Source of the DNA: Spirochaetota bacterium
GTDB taxonomy: Bacteria > Spirochaetota > UBA4802 > UBA5550
Length of the DNA stretch: 64,000 nucleotides
NCBI GenBank assembly: GCA_963664815.2
Contig: CAXXHB010000002.1
Coordinates: 608,001-672,000, forward strand
Direction of reading: 5' to 3'
Shown here: piece by piece, positions 9,534 through 20,276 of the stretch
Layout of the letters: each line of letters begins with the position of its first letter
How positions within the stretch are numbered: position 1 is the stretch's first letter
Program-made: the position numbers and the translations under genes
Notes under the pieces: generated by a model
Told to the model about the DNA's origin: nothing
The model's database searches: none
Seen by the model: the letters and a program-made list of their open reading frames with translations, nothing else

Positions 9534-11330
9534 TTAAAGAGAAACAATAAGTACAGTAAGGTCATCAAGAAGATCCTGATTTGGATAAATTTCCCGGATT
9601 TTATTTCTCATAATATTAAGCATCATTTCTGGTGTTTCATCAATATTTTCCTTAATAATGACGGACAGGTTTGAAAATCCGATATCGATATCAAGCAAAT
9701 CCCCTCCAAGAGATTCAACCAGACCATCAGTAAAAAGGAAGAGAACATCCCCTTTTTCGTAAATAACAGTTTTTTCAGAATAAACAGATGAAGCAGCAAT
9801 TCCCAGAGGTTTTCCTTCAACCTGAAGCTTTACTATTTCAAGATTTTTTTTACGTAGCAGAATCTGATCATCATGTCCGGCGGAGCCAAATGTAATTATT
9901 TTAGATTCAGTATCTATCAATGCGTAGAATACTGTGACAAACATTCCATATTCAGATTCCTGGTGTATTGAAACATTTGAACTCTGGAAAAGACCGGCAG
10001 GTCTGAAGTTATTTTTTGTTCCGAATTTTAAAATATTTTTAACTGTGCCGGTAAAAAGTGCCGCAGGTATCCCTTTACCTGAAACATCTGCAATTATTAT
10101 ACCGCAGTTAAGTTCATCCATTGCATAGAAATCAAAAAAATCACCCCCCACCTGTTTTGCCGGTTCATATAACGCCGTTACTTTTATTCCATTGAAATCA
10201 GATGGAATCTTTACAAGGTTTTTTCTCTGGATTTCAGATGCTATTTCGAGTTCCTGCTTTAGTTTTTTACGTCTGTCTTCATTACGTCTGTCGGCAAAGG
10301 TTTTATAAACTCCGGTCATATGGCTGATGATTGAAGAGAGAACATTAAGTTCAAAATCGTCAAATAGTCTTCTGTTTTTTTTATCTGTGAGATTGAGTAC
10401 TCCGACAACGCGATTGTTATAATACAAAGGAACAGATACGAAGGCATTTGATTTGTACCCGCTTTTTTTCATGCAGTATTCAGGGAGATCTTTTTTTACA
10501 TTACTTACATTTACCATTTTCCCGGTTTTGAAAACATGAGCTGCTATTGAATCATCAGGAACAACCGAACCGGGAGTGATGCTTGAGCCGTGAACTGCAA
10601 TTACTTCAAGTCTGTTCCGTTCAGGGATAAAAAGAATCAGAGAAGCTCTTTCCACATTTAAAGATTCAGCAAGAGTGTGAATTACATTCATGAAAAAATC
10701 CATTTCATTATCAACCAGTGATACTGATCGGGAGAGTTCATACAGGGCGTTAAGTTCTTCAACGCGTTTTTTCAGGTCATCATATAAAAGCCGGTTTGTA
10801 ATTGATGAAGCAGATATCATTGCGATAACTTCAATAAGCCGGAGATCAAGAGGGGAAAAATGATCAGATACTGATTTATTTGCTATTTCCAGGACTCCTA
10901 CAAATTCATTTCTTGCCATCAGCGGGGTACAAAGAATATTTTTAATAGCCAATCCTGTGTCAAGATCGATCCCCTGGTAGAAGTGTTCATTTGAATCAAC
11001 ATCATTTTCAATTATGGATCTTTGGTCGTTAAAAACAGTCCAGGCAAACCCTGAGTTTTCCGGTATACTTATTCCCAGACTTTTTTTTAAATTTTCATCA
11101 GTAGTCGATTTGAATATAAGTTTATTATCTTCCTGATTATAAATAAGCAGAGAGGCTGTTTCAGCTTCAAGTATATCTTTTGATATATTTACAATAGAGG
11201 CGTAAAGCTCATCCAGTCCTTTCGCTGGAGAGATTTCTTCTGTAATTCTGAAGAAAACAGAAATGTCAATCAATGTGTCATTCTGCAATCGGATTTTCTC
11301 CTCTTTATCAGAATATCGGTTTATAATCAA
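9534..11330 (-). CDS. GAF-GAF-SpoIIE (PP2C, RsbU-like) phosphatase
   Basis: Two GAF domains (GVLEIANK; GVLNLTDK), then VGGDFFD, ADVSGKG, FTDGL and DDLT motifs. Confidence 0.92.
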   Translation of the reverse strand: MIINRYSDKEEKIRLQNDTLIDISVFFRITEEISPAKGLDELYASIVNISKDILEAETASLLIYNQEDNKLIFKSTTDENLKKSLGISIPENSGFAWTVFNDQRSIIENDVDSNEHFYQGIDLDTGLAIKNILCTPLMARNEFVGVLEIANKSVSDHFSPLDLRLIEVIAMISASSITNRLLYDDLKKRVEELNALYELSRSVSLVDNEMDFFMNVIHTLAESLNVERASLILFIPERNRLEVIAVHGSSITPGSVVPDDSIAAHVFKTGKMVNVSNVKKDLPEYCMKKSGYKSNAFVSVPLYYNNRVVGVLNLTDKKNRRLFDDFELNVLSSIISHMTGVYKTFADRRNEDRRKKLKQELEIASEIQRKNLVKIPSDFNGIKVTALYEPAKQVGGDFFDFYAMDELNCGIIIADVSGKGIPAALFTGTVKNILKFGTKNNFRPAGLFQSSNVSIHQESEYGMFVTVFYALIDTESKIITFGSAGHDDQILLRKKNLEIVKLQVEGKPLGIAASSVYSEKTVIYEKGDVLFLFTDGLVESLGGDLLDIDIGFSNLSVIIKENIDETPEMMLNIMRNKIREIYPNQDLLDDLTVLIVSL

Positions 11331-12258
11331 ATTGATGTATGGCGTTTATAAACCGGATAGTATGAGTCTGCTGTCTTATTGCCAGAGAGTTTGTTTTTGC
11401 GCCGCCCGGGAAAAACTGCACTCCGGGAAGCAACACACCATCGGTGACTCCTGTTATTGAAATCAGAATATCGTCAGTCCTGACCAGATCTTTAACTCTG
11501 TATATTTTATCGGCATTACCTCTGCCAAGGTTTTCTGCTATTGACTTTTCAAAATAATCGTTATAATAAAACTTTGCCTGCATATCTCCACCGAGGCATT
11601 TTAATCCTGCCGCTGAGATTACAGCTTCTTTTGCGCCGCCTATGCCCATAAATATATCAATGGATGTATTTTCTACGGCTGTGGAAATTACTCCTGAAAT
11701 ATCACCATCAGTGATAAACTTGATTCTTGCACCGCATTTCCGGATCTCTTCAACCATAGGAAAGTTTACTTCTCTTTCAAGAACACAAACAGTTATATCT
11801 TCAATATATTTTCCCTTGGCACGTGCGACTCTTTTAATATTTATATCGGGGGGCTGATTAATGTCTACAACACCTTTGGCATCAGGTCCGACGGCAATTT
11901 TATGCATCAGGTTGGGCGGCATTTTCATGAATGCGTTTCTTCCGCCGATTGCTATTACTGCAATAGCGTTGTGACCTCCGGTAGCGCATGTTCTTTTTCC
12001 CTCCAGAGGTTTTACTGCGATGTCAACCTTCATCTTTTCTCCTGCGCCCACTTTTCTGCCGTCATACAGGTAAAGTTCTTTATTTGAGGCGCCAATTGCA
12101 ATTTCACCGTCAATGTCCATTGTTTCCAGAACTTTCCACATTGCCTCATCGGAAGAACGATAGCATAGATCATCATCTCCTTTGCCCATGTGCCTGCTGG
12201 CGTACAGAGCAGCAAGCTCGGTAAGTCTCGTGGCCTCAAGAGTGAGATTTCTATTCAT
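11308..12258 (-). CDS. glpX: GlpX-like class II fructose-1,6-bisphosphatase homologue with a degenerate active site
   Basis: Overall GlpX sequence (RNLTLE..R.TE.AA, KIAVGP, TDGDISG, GIGGA.E.V, TGVTDG). DPLEGT appears as KPLEGK and GEGE is absent. Confidence 0.8.
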   Translation of the reverse strand: MNRNLTLEATRLTELAALYASRHMGKGDDDLCYRSSDEAMWKVLETMDIDGEIAIGASNKELYLYDGRKVGAGEKMKVDIAVKPLEGKRTCATGGHNAIAVIAIGGRNAFMKMPPNLMHKIAVGPDAKGVVDINQPPDINIKRVARAKGKYIEDITVCVLEREVNFPMVEEIRKCGARIKFITDGDISGVISTAVENTSIDIFMGIGGAKEAVISAAGLKCLGGDMQAKFYYNDYFEKSIAENLGRGNADKIYRVKDLVRTDDILISITGVTDGVLLPGVQFFPGGAKTNSLAIRQQTHTIRFINAIHQFDYKPIF

Positions 12259-12509
12259 AAATCCTCCGGGTTTCTTTCCAGGTAATTTAATTTAGCGTAC
12301 GAATTGACATTATGTTGCAGATGTGAGTTCTTTTCAACACATTTTCAGATCTGAGTATTTACAATATTGTTATAATCGGTTTTTATAAAAGGTTTACCAG
12401 TCATTGATTTTTTTATGAAATATGTTCTTTTTAAATATTGTAAAGGGATATTTCCAACAAATGAAACAGGACATCTGAATGCATTTTATAAAAAATGTTA
12501 AGATTTTTA

Positions 12510-12538
12510 TTGACTGGATTTATGTCTCATTGTATAAT
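12510..12538 (+). promoter_or_regulatory. sigma70-type promoter
   Basis: TTGACT-17 nt-TATAAT, 30 nt upstream of the GTG start at 12569. Confidence 0.7.
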
Positions 12539-12568
12539 TATGCGATATAAAATATCCGGAGAAACCCT

Positions 12569-14797
12569 GTGAAAAAAACAATTATGATTATTGGCGGAGG
12601 GCTGCTTCAGGCTCCTGTTATTACAACAGCAAAGAAAATGGGGTATCAGGTAATCGTTACTGATTATAATCCTGATGCCATAGGGATGAAGGATGCTGAT
12701 ATACCGATTGTAATGAGTACAAGAGATGTTCAGGGTTCAGTGAGAATAGCGAAAAAGCAGAATGAGATTACTCCAATAAGCGGAGTATTGACAGTTGGTA
12801 CGGATGCTTCGATGACTGTCGCGGCGGTGGCAAATGCTCTGAATCTTCCAGGGATAAAATTTGATGATGCTGAGGCGGCGACAAACAAGCTCAAGATGAG
12901 AATGAGATTTAAGGAGCATAATATTCCTTCACCGGCATTTCTCCCGGTATGGACACTGGCGGATGCTAAAAAAGGATGCAAGATACTGGGATATCCGGTT
13001 GTAATGAAACCTTCAGATAATATGGGAGCCAGGGGTGTGATGAGGCTGGATAATGCCAATCAGGTTGCCGATGCTTTTAAATTTGCAAAAAGTGCTTCAC
13101 CTAGCGGAGAACTGATTATTGAACAGTTTATGGAGGGTCCGGAGCTTTCAATAGATGCGATAGTATTTAATGGAGAGATAACAATCACTGGTGTGGCTGA
13201 CCGGATAATAGAGTACCCTCCGAACTTTGTGGAAACCGGTCATACGATGCCATCCCACCTTAATCTTGAGATGCTGGAAGACGCCTGCGATGTCATGAGG
13301 CGCGGAGTTAAAGCGCTGGGAATTACTACAGGCGCAGCCAAGGGAGATATAAAAGTTACAAAGAGCGGGGCAATGATAGGCGAGATCGCAGCGAGGCTTT
13401 CAGGCGGATTTATGTCAGCCTATACATATCCTCTTTCCAGCGGAGTTGATTTGATGAAGGCGATGATTGAGGTTTCTATTGGCCAGGAGCCGGGAAACCT
13501 TGAACCTCTGTTTAACAGAGTGGCTATCGAGAGGGCAATTATATGCAAGCCCGGAATAATAAAGAAAATTTCCGGGCTTGAAGAGGCTCTGAAAGTACCG
13601 GGAATTGAGGAGATATTCCTCAACATAAAAGAAGGAGACAGGGTTATAAAACCTACATCAAATGTTGAGAAATCGGGAAACATTATAGCGGTTGGTGAGA
13701 ATCTGCAGCAGGCGGAAGCAGCCGTGAAAAGGTGCATGGAGTTGCTTAAAATAGAGACGTCTGCTGAAATTGAAGTTTCGATGAAGTCAATAAATGATTC
13801 AGCGAGGGAAAAGTTTAAGAAAATATGTTATGTATGCAGTATTTGTGACGGATATAACTGTGCTTCCGGAGTGCCTGGTATGGGAGGTACCGGCACAGGT
13901 GAATCTTTCAGGAGAAATTCTGATGCACTTAAAAGTTTCAAAGTTATTACAACACTTATACATGATGAAATTATACCTGATCCTTCAACTGAACTTTTCG
14001 GGAACAAAATATCTTTTCCAGTTATGGCCGCTCCAATTACAGGCTCGGTGACAAATATGGGTGGAGCGATTGAGGAGATTGATTATAATATAGCAGTGGT
14101 AAGAGGATGTAAAACGGCCGGTACAATAGCGTTTGTCGGAGATGGAGCTACTCCTGATAAATATAAAATCGGACTTGATGTTATCAGAAATGAGAAGGGT
14201 CTCGGTATTCCGATATTTAAACCGAGAAAAGATAATGAAGAGATTATAAAAAGATTTAAAGCTGCCGAAGAAGCAGGAGCCATTGCAGCAGGTATTGATA
14301 TTGATGCTGTAGTGTTTAAAACTATGGCGATGAAAAATCAGGAGGTTGCTGCGAAAAGTATCAGTGAGCTTAAGGAGATAAAGGCATCAACGTCTCTTCC
14401 TTTGATACTTAAAGGGATTATGAACCCGAGAGATGCTGAGATGGCGTGCAAGGCTGGTGCGGGAGCGATTATAGTTTCTAATCACGGAGGGAGGGTATTG
14501 GATGAGATGCCTGGATCAATGGATGTCCTTGAGGAGATAGTGAAAGCTGTTGGTGAATCTGTTATCATAATGATTGATGGCGGGTTTCGCGATGGTGTGG
14601 ATGTATTCAAGGCCATTGCGATGGGGGCGAAATATGTTCTTATCGGAAGACCTGTTGCAATAGCAGCGGTAGGAATGGGTGTTGATGGGACAGCATTTTA
14701 TCTCAATAAAGTTAAAGATGAATTTATAAAGACAATGGTACTCGCCGGATGCAGGAATATTAATGATATTAAAATGGATCTGATCCGGAAAATTTAA
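12569..14797 (+). CDS. ATP-grasp domain fused to an FMN-dependent alpha-hydroxy-acid dehydrogenase domain
   Basis: N-terminal ATP-grasp (VMKPSDNMGARGV, IIEQFMEGPE, GEIAARLSG). C-terminal CYVCSICDGYNC, SNHGGR and DGGFRDG.DVFKA..MGA..VLIGRP. Confidence 0.88.
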   Translation: MKKTIMIIGGGLLQAPVITTAKKMGYQVIVTDYNPDAIGMKDADIPIVMSTRDVQGSVRIAKKQNEITPISGVLTVGTDASMTVAAVANALNLPGIKFDDAEAATNKLKMRMRFKEHNIPSPAFLPVWTLADAKKGCKILGYPVVMKPSDNMGARGVMRLDNANQVADAFKFAKSASPSGELIIEQFMEGPELSIDAIVFNGEITITGVADRIIEYPPNFVETGHTMPSHLNLEMLEDACDVMRRGVKALGITTGAAKGDIKVTKSGAMIGEIAARLSGGFMSAYTYPLSSGVDLMKAMIEVSIGQEPGNLEPLFNRVAIERAIICKPGIIKKISGLEEALKVPGIEEIFLNIKEGDRVIKPTSNVEKSGNIIAVGENLQQAEAAVKRCMELLKIETSAEIEVSMKSINDSAREKFKKICYVCSICDGYNCASGVPGMGGTGTGESFRRNSDALKSFKVITTLIHDEIIPDPSTELFGNKISFPVMAAPITGSVTNMGGAIEEIDYNIAVVRGCKTAGTIAFVGDGATPDKYKIGLDVIRNEKGLGIPIFKPRKDNEEIIKRFKAAEEAGAIAAGIDIDAVVFKTMAMKNQEVAAKSISELKEIKASTSLPLILKGIMNPRDAEMACKAGAGAIIVSNHGGRVLDEMPGSMDVLEEIVKAVGESVIIMIDGGFRDGVDVFKAIAMGAKYVLIGRPVAIAAVGMGVDGTAFYLNKVKDEFIKTMVLAGCRNINDIKMDLIRKI

Positions 14798-14849
14798 GAA
14801 GAAACATAACTGATTCGTCATTGATTACAGATGTAGTAACATTTCTATA

Positions 14850-14875
14850 ATCAGCCTCCATGTCCGGAGGCCGAT
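14850..14875. terminator. Hairpin between convergent genes
   Basis: ATCAGCCTCC-ATGTCC-GGAGGCCGAT stem. Confidence 0.45.
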
Positions 14876-14984
14876 ATCAGCAGTCGTGACAAAAGAATAA
14901 TTTAATAATACTGATTTTATTCTGCTCAATTTGTGGCGATACCTGCACAGAAATTATGGCCGTTTGAGAAAAAGCATTAATTTT

Positions 14985-15776
14985 TCATTTAGCTTTAAAC
15001 TCAGGAGTTCTTTTATCAATAAATGCAGCCATCCCCTCTTTCTGATCTTCAGTGGCGAAACATTGGGCAAACATCTGGTTTTCAAAGGCTATTCCGGTTT
15101 CAATATCTGTTTCAATGCCCCTGTTTATTGCCATCTTGGAATACCTTACCGCTATCTGCGCTTTTGAAGCTATAATTTTTGCCATTTCCATTGAAGCAGC
15201 CATGAGCTGTTCAGCGGGAACAACTTTGTTTACAAGCCCTATCTTTTCGGCTTCAGATGCCGAAATAATACCCGCTGTATAGATAAGTTCTCTTGCTTTT
15301 GCAACTCCAGTAAGTCTGGAGAGTCTGATGCATCCTGAGAAACCGGGGGTTATACCCAGACCGGTTTCCGGCTGACCGAACTTCGCATTTTCAGAAGCAA
15401 TTCTGATATCGCATGACATTGCAAGCTCACATCCGCCACCAAGAGCGAATCCATTTACTGCAGCTATTGACGGGATTTTAAGTTTTTCAATATTCCTGAA
15501 AACATCAGCTCCCAGTTCACCGTATTTAAGACCATTTATACTGTTAAAATTTTTCATTTCATTGATATCAGCTCCGGCAACAAAAGCCTTCCCTTCCCCT
15601 GTAATTATCAGTATATGAATACCTTCATCTTTTGAAATCATATCCACGGCGCTTCTGAGCTCAAGAAGAAGCTCAGTGTTCAGGGCATTAAGGGCTTTAG
15701 GTCTTGAAAGAGTAAGTATTGCTATTTGTCCATCTTTCTGAAATTTAAGATTGTCATAGTTTATTTCATTTGTCAT
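14985..15776 (-). CDS. crt: Enoyl-CoA hydratase (crotonase)
   Basis: AFVAGADI, GFALGGGCELAMSCD and FGQPE..LG. Start placed at MTNEINY (15776) behind an AAGGAG RBS. Confidence 0.93.
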   Translation of the reverse strand: MTNEINYDNLKFQKDGQIAILTLSRPKALNALNTELLLELRSAVDMISKDEGIHILIITGEGKAFVAGADINEMKNFNSINGLKYGELGADVFRNIEKLKIPSIAAVNGFALGGGCELAMSCDIRIASENAKFGQPETGLGITPGFSGCIRLSRLTGVAKARELIYTAGIISASEAEKIGLVNKVVPAEQLMAASMEMAKIIASKAQIAVRYSKMAINRGIETDIETGIAFENQMFAQCFATEDQKEGMAAFIDKRTPEFKAK

Positions 15777-15900
15777 ATTCATCTCCTTATAAATAACCCC
15801 GCTGTTGCGGGGGTATTCTTTCATATGATAGAAATTAATATAGAAAGCATTCGACTTTATAACAGTATAATATCAGCAGATCTTTCTATAAATAATGAAC

Positions 15901-17064
15901 TTATTCAGCATATTCCGCTAGTACATTTGTTGCAATAACAAGTCTCTGAATCTCTGAAGTGCCTTCATATATCTCTGTTATACGCGCATCTCTGTAAAGT
16001 CTTTCGGCGATATAGTCTTTTACATAGCCATAACCGCCATGAATCTGAATGCATTTATGAGCACATCTGTGGGCACATTCTGATGCATAGAGTTTTGCCA
16101 TTGCTGAATATTTTCCTACCGGACGACGGTTTTTGCCGTTTTTCGAGCAGAGATAAGCAGCCTGATAAACCAGAAGCCTTGCAGCTTCAATCTCAGTTGC
16201 CATATCAGCAAGCATCCATTGAATGGCCTGCAGTTTGCCGATCGGCGCTCCGAACTGCTCTCTGAGATTCGCATATTTTGCGCCTTCTTCAAGTGCGGCC
16301 TGCGCTATTCCGAGAGCCTGAGCTGCGATACCAACTCGACCTCCGTCAAGGGTATGCATTGCTATCTTAAATCCATCTCCAGGTTCTCCAAGCATTCTGC
16401 CGTCCGGAATTTTACAGTCTTCATAAATCATTTCTGTAGTGGAAGAGGCACATATACCGAGTTTATCCTCAACTTTTCCGACCGAGAATCCCGGATCGCC
16501 TTTTTCAATAATGAAGAAAGAGGTGTTTTTATTTTTCGGTGCGTTTTTATCAGTTACAGCGAGTGTAACATGAACATCTGCGTATTGCCCGTTTGTAATA
16601 AAATTCTTGCTGCCGTTAACAATGTAGCCGTCACCGTTTTTTACGGCGGTTGTTTTGGTTCCACCTGAATCAGATCCTGCGCTTGGTTCTGTTAGTCCGA
16701 AAGCGCCGATATGTTCACCTGTGCAGAGTTTTGGAAGATATTTTTTCTTCTGTTCGTCCGTACCGAAGTAGTAAATTGGAGAGAGGCAAAGTGAGTTATG
16801 TGCTGATACAATAACTCCTGATGATGCACATACCCTCGAAATTTCTTCAACAGCAATTGCGTATGAAACATAATCCATTCCTGCACCGTTATATTCTTCG
16901 GGATAAACCACACCCATTATTCCAAGTTCTCCCAGTTTCCTTGTTGTTTCAAGAGGAAATTTATGTGATTTGTCGATCTCGACAGCCTGTTCTCTTAATT
17001 CCTTTTCTGCGAAACCTCGGCACATATCCCGCACCATCAATTGCTCTTCAGATAATTCAAACAT
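15901..17064 (-). CDS. bcd: Short-chain acyl-CoA (butyryl-CoA) dehydrogenase
   Basis: GAFGLTEPSAGSD, LDGGRVGIAAQALG, QIHGGYGY and IYEGTSEIQR. Confidence 0.92.
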   Translation of the reverse strand: MFELSEEQLMVRDMCRGFAEKELREQAVEIDKSHKFPLETTRKLGELGIMGVVYPEEYNGAGMDYVSYAIAVEEISRVCASSGVIVSAHNSLCLSPIYYFGTDEQKKKYLPKLCTGEHIGAFGLTEPSAGSDSGGTKTTAVKNGDGYIVNGSKNFITNGQYADVHVTLAVTDKNAPKNKNTSFFIIEKGDPGFSVGKVEDKLGICASSTTEMIYEDCKIPDGRMLGEPGDGFKIAMHTLDGGRVGIAAQALGIAQAALEEGAKYANLREQFGAPIGKLQAIQWMLADMATEIEAARLLVYQAAYLCSKNGKNRRPVGKYSAMAKLYASECAHRCAHKCIQIHGGYGYVKDYIAERLYRDARITEIYEGTSEIQRLVIATNVLAEYAE

Positions 17065-17403
17065 AATACTCTCCTGGTTTTACAAGAATTTTAAAATAGA
17101 AAAATTAGTATATTGTTATAAATTTATTAGAATAAATACAATAGACGTATCGTGTAGTTAACTGTAGTTGAAATCACTATTTTAATGTAGTAAATATATG
17201 TCAAAATAATGACTCTGTGGTGGTTTTAAGACTTGTTATTATAGAATTTTGGTTAATTATATTAAGATGATGGAGCGTTTTTACAAAGATCCGGAGTGTG
17301 AAGTTTTATTTATTGACTGTAACAGAATATGGACATCTAACAAGATCGTTATTGATCGATATCAGCAATAAAACTCTACTCATGGAAAAGGAAATAAAAG
17401 AAA

Positions 17404-17883
17404 ATGAAAGCGTTTCAGGATTTTTACCCGGATGATTATTCACACTGTTATGGTTGTGGAAGACTGAATGAAAAAGGGATGCATATTAAAAGTTATTGGG
17501 ATGGTGATGAAAGTATATGCAGGTTTAAACCAGAATCACATTATACAGGAGGGTTCCCGGGAAATATTTATGGAGGTCTGATTGCATCTATTATTGATTG
17601 TCATTGCGCGGGAACCGCGGCAGCGGCAGACCTCAGGCAGAATGACAGTGTAATCGGAGAAAAACCAATTTCAAGATATGTAACAGCGTCAATAAAGGTT
17701 GATTACCTTAAACCTACACCGGCAGGAGTTGAACTCGAAATCAGGGGGAGGGTTCTTGAAATAACCGGGCGCAAAATAGTTGTAAGTGCAATAGTGAAAG
17801 CTGATGGAGTAACAACGGCAAAAGGAGAAGCTGTAATGGTACAGCTTCCGGATAAGACAAAAAAGATTGAACAAGAGATTTGA
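17404..17883 (+). CDS. PaaI-family hotdog thioesterase
   Basis: HCYGCG..N..G, YGGLIASIIDCH and VDYLKPTP. Confidence 0.88.
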   Translation: MKAFQDFYPDDYSHCYGCGRLNEKGMHIKSYWDGDESICRFKPESHYTGGFPGNIYGGLIASIIDCHCAGTAAAADLRQNDSVIGEKPISRYVTASIKVDYLKPTPAGVELEIRGRVLEITGRKIVVSAIVKADGVTTAKGEAVMVQLPDKTKKIEQEI

Positions 17884-17973
17884 TAATCATTACTGCAATA
17901 AATTTTATTGGCGTACTGATATATATAATTTTGCGAGTTAATAATTATTTAATATAATCCAAGGAGAGGGTTT

Positions 17974-19170
17974 ATGAAGAAAGTAGTAATCTGTTCTGCG
18001 GTAAGGACTGCGGTTGGTTCATTTGGCGGGATGTTTAAAGATGTACCATCAGTTGATCTCGGGGCGGCTGTAATTAAAGAAGCACTTGTAAGGGCAAAAA
18101 TATCCGGGAAAGATGTAGATGAAGTTGTTTTCGGATGTGTTCTTCAGGCGGGTCTCGGTCAGAATATTTCAAGGCAGTGTTCACTTAAGGCGGGAATTCC
18201 AATAGAGGTTCCAACGTTTACAATAAATAAAGTATGCGGATCAGGACTAAGAAGTGTTGCCCTTGCCGCGCAGATCATAAAAGCGGGAGATGCAGATATT
18301 ATAGTAGCGGGCGGGACGGAGAGCATGAGTAATGCCCCATTCATTGCACCAAAAGTACGCTGGGGTATAAGAATGGGGAATGCCGAGCTTATTGATGAGA
18401 TGGTATTCGGCGGCCTTACGGATATTTTCAACGGGTATCATATGGGTATTACAGCTGAAAATCTTGCGGAGAAATTCAATATAACACGTAAGGATCAGGA
18501 TGAGTTTGCTCTGAGTTCGCAGCAGAAAGCACAGAAAGCGATAGAGTCAGGCCGCTTTGTTGATGAGATTGTTCCGTTTGAAGTTACAACGAAAAAAGGA
18601 GTTATAAGGATTGATAAGGATGAGCATTATACACCAGGATCAACAATGGATAGTCTTGGAAAGCTCCGTGCTGCATTTAAAAAAGATGGAACAGTAACTG
18701 CGGGAAATGCATCTGGTATTAATGACGGGGGATCGGCATTCGTTGTAATGAGTGAAGAAAAAGCAAAAGCAATAGGCGCGCCTATATTTGCCGAGATAGT
18801 TGATTATGCTTCGGGTGGTGTTGATCCTTCGATAATGGGATATGGTCCTGTTCCGGCTATTAAGAAGATGATGAAAAAAGCAGATATAAAATTTGATGAT
18901 ATAGATCTTTTTGAATTAAATGAAGCTTTCGCAGCTCAGTCAATTGCTGTCGTGAAAGGTCTTGAACAGGAGGGAGTTGGCAAAATCGATATGGCCAGGG
19001 TAAATGTAAATGGAGGAGCAATTGCCATAGGGCATCCTATAGGTGCATCTGGTGGAAGAATTCTGGTTACACTTCTTCATGAGCTGAAAAAACAGGGTAA
19101 GAAAACAGGACTTGCCGCGCTATGTATAGGTGGAGGTATGGGGACATCAATGATTGTTAAAATTGTATAA
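17974..19170 (+). CDS. thlA: Acetyl-CoA C-acetyltransferase (thiolase)
   Basis: [23 protein letters not shown] and LCIGGGMG. Confidence 0.96.
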   Translation: MKKVVICSAVRTAVGSFGGMFKDVPSVDLGAAVIKEALVRAKISGKDVDEVVFGCVLQAGLGQNISRQCSLKAGIPIEVPTFTINKVCGSGLRSVALAAQIIKAGDADIIVAGGTESMSNAPFIAPKVRWGIRMGNAELIDEMVFGGLTDIFNGYHMGITAENLAEKFNITRKDQDEFALSSQQKAQKAIESGRFVDEIVPFEVTTKKGVIRIDKDEHYTPGSTMDSLGKLRAAFKKDGTVTAGNASGINDGGSAFVVMSEEKAKAIGAPIFAEIVDYASGGVDPSIMGYGPVPAIKKMMKKADIKFDDIDLFELNEAFAAQSIAVVKGLEQEGVGKIDMARVNVNGGAIAIGHPIGASGGRILVTLLHELKKQGKKTGLAALCIGGGMGTSMIVKIV

Positions 19171-19220
19171 TATTCATTCATTAAAAGTGTTTTTATGTAT
19201 CCGCTTCAATAATAGAAAAC

Positions 19221-19253
19221 AGCCCCCGACCATGATCGGGGGCTTAAAAAAAA
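19221..19253. terminator. Terminator-like hairpin after thiolase
   Basis: AGCCCCCGA-CCATGA-TCGGGGGCT stem. Confidence 0.6.
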
Positions 19254-19364
19254 TAGATCTATCATCTCTGCGATTCAGATATGCTGGTATTCTTCGATTC
19301 ATTGTTGACAAAAAGATATCCTATTTTTTATATTAAGAAAAACAGAGGGTTTGGTGTTTATACA

Positions 19365-20219
19365 ATGAGCGAAAATTCAAAGTTCAAATCCGTTGTATTT
19401 GCCGGAGGTGGAAGCCGCTGCTTCTGGCAGCTTGGATTCTGGAACACTGCGGCTGCTGCCTTGAATATAAGACCATCTGCTGTTTCCGGCGTAAGCGGAG
19501 GTGCAGCTTTTGCATGTTTCTCTATTTCAGGAGATGCAGCTGAGATACTGACTTATTTTAAAAAACTTACCGGTGCGAACCGGAAAAATTTTTATCCGTC
19601 AAATTTGTTTCGAAAGGAATCGGTGTTTCCTCATTACGAAATGTATAAAGACGCAATACTTCACAGTCTTAACGATGTAACAATTAAAAAAATTCTTAAC
19701 GGTCCTGATATAAGAATTCTGATTGCACGGCCGCCGGGATGGATGGGTGCCTGGTTTTCAGCTTTTACAGGAGTTGTTTTGTATAATATAGAGAAGCATA
19801 TCCTTCACCCGCTTCATCCGGTTTTTTCTTCCATAGCGGGTTTCAGGGGGGAGGTTGTTTCAATAAAGAAATGCAGAACCAGGGAAGAGGTAGCTGATCT
19901 TATATTGGAATCTTCCTGCATGCCTCCATTTATGCCGGTGATGAGGCGTAATAATGATGTAGTTCTTGATGGAGGGTTAATAGACAATGTCCCGATAAGC
20001 ATACTTGATGACTGTGAGGGGGAAAAACTTGTATTGCTTACAAGACACTATAAAGATAAAATCATTCCGAAAAATGATGGAATAACATACGTTCAGCCGT
20101 CAGAGATAATTCCAATAACAAAATGGGAATATACTGATCCTGATGGATTGCAGTATGTTTATGATCTTGGAAGAAGGGATGGAGAAAAATTTGCAAAGAA
20201 ACTTAAAACTGCGCGTTGA
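19365..20219 (+). CDS. Patatin-like phospholipase
   Basis: GGGSR oxyanion loop, GVSGG nucleophile and DGG motif. Start placed at MSENSK. Confidence 0.9.
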   Translation: MSENSKFKSVVFAGGGSRCFWQLGFWNTAAAALNIRPSAVSGVSGGAAFACFSISGDAAEILTYFKKLTGANRKNFYPSNLFRKESVFPHYEMYKDAILHSLNDVTIKKILNGPDIRILIARPPGWMGAWFSAFTGVVLYNIEKHILHPLHPVFSSIAGFRGEVVSIKKCRTREEVADLILESSCMPPFMPVMRRNNDVVLDGGLIDNVPISILDDCEGEKLVLLTRHYKDKIIPKNDGITYVQPSEIIPITKWEYTDPDGLQYVYDLGRRDGEKFAKKLKTAR

Positions 20220-20243
20220 TAATCATAGCGCAGTTTTAAGTTT
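20199..20243. terminator. Bidirectional hairpin between convergent genes
   Basis: AAACTTAAAACTGCGC ... GCGCAGTTTTAAGTTT, a 16-bp inverted repeat spanning the patatin stop. Confidence 0.65.
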
Positions 20244-20276
20244 ATCTAAACGGGATCTCTTTTCATGTAAAACAGG

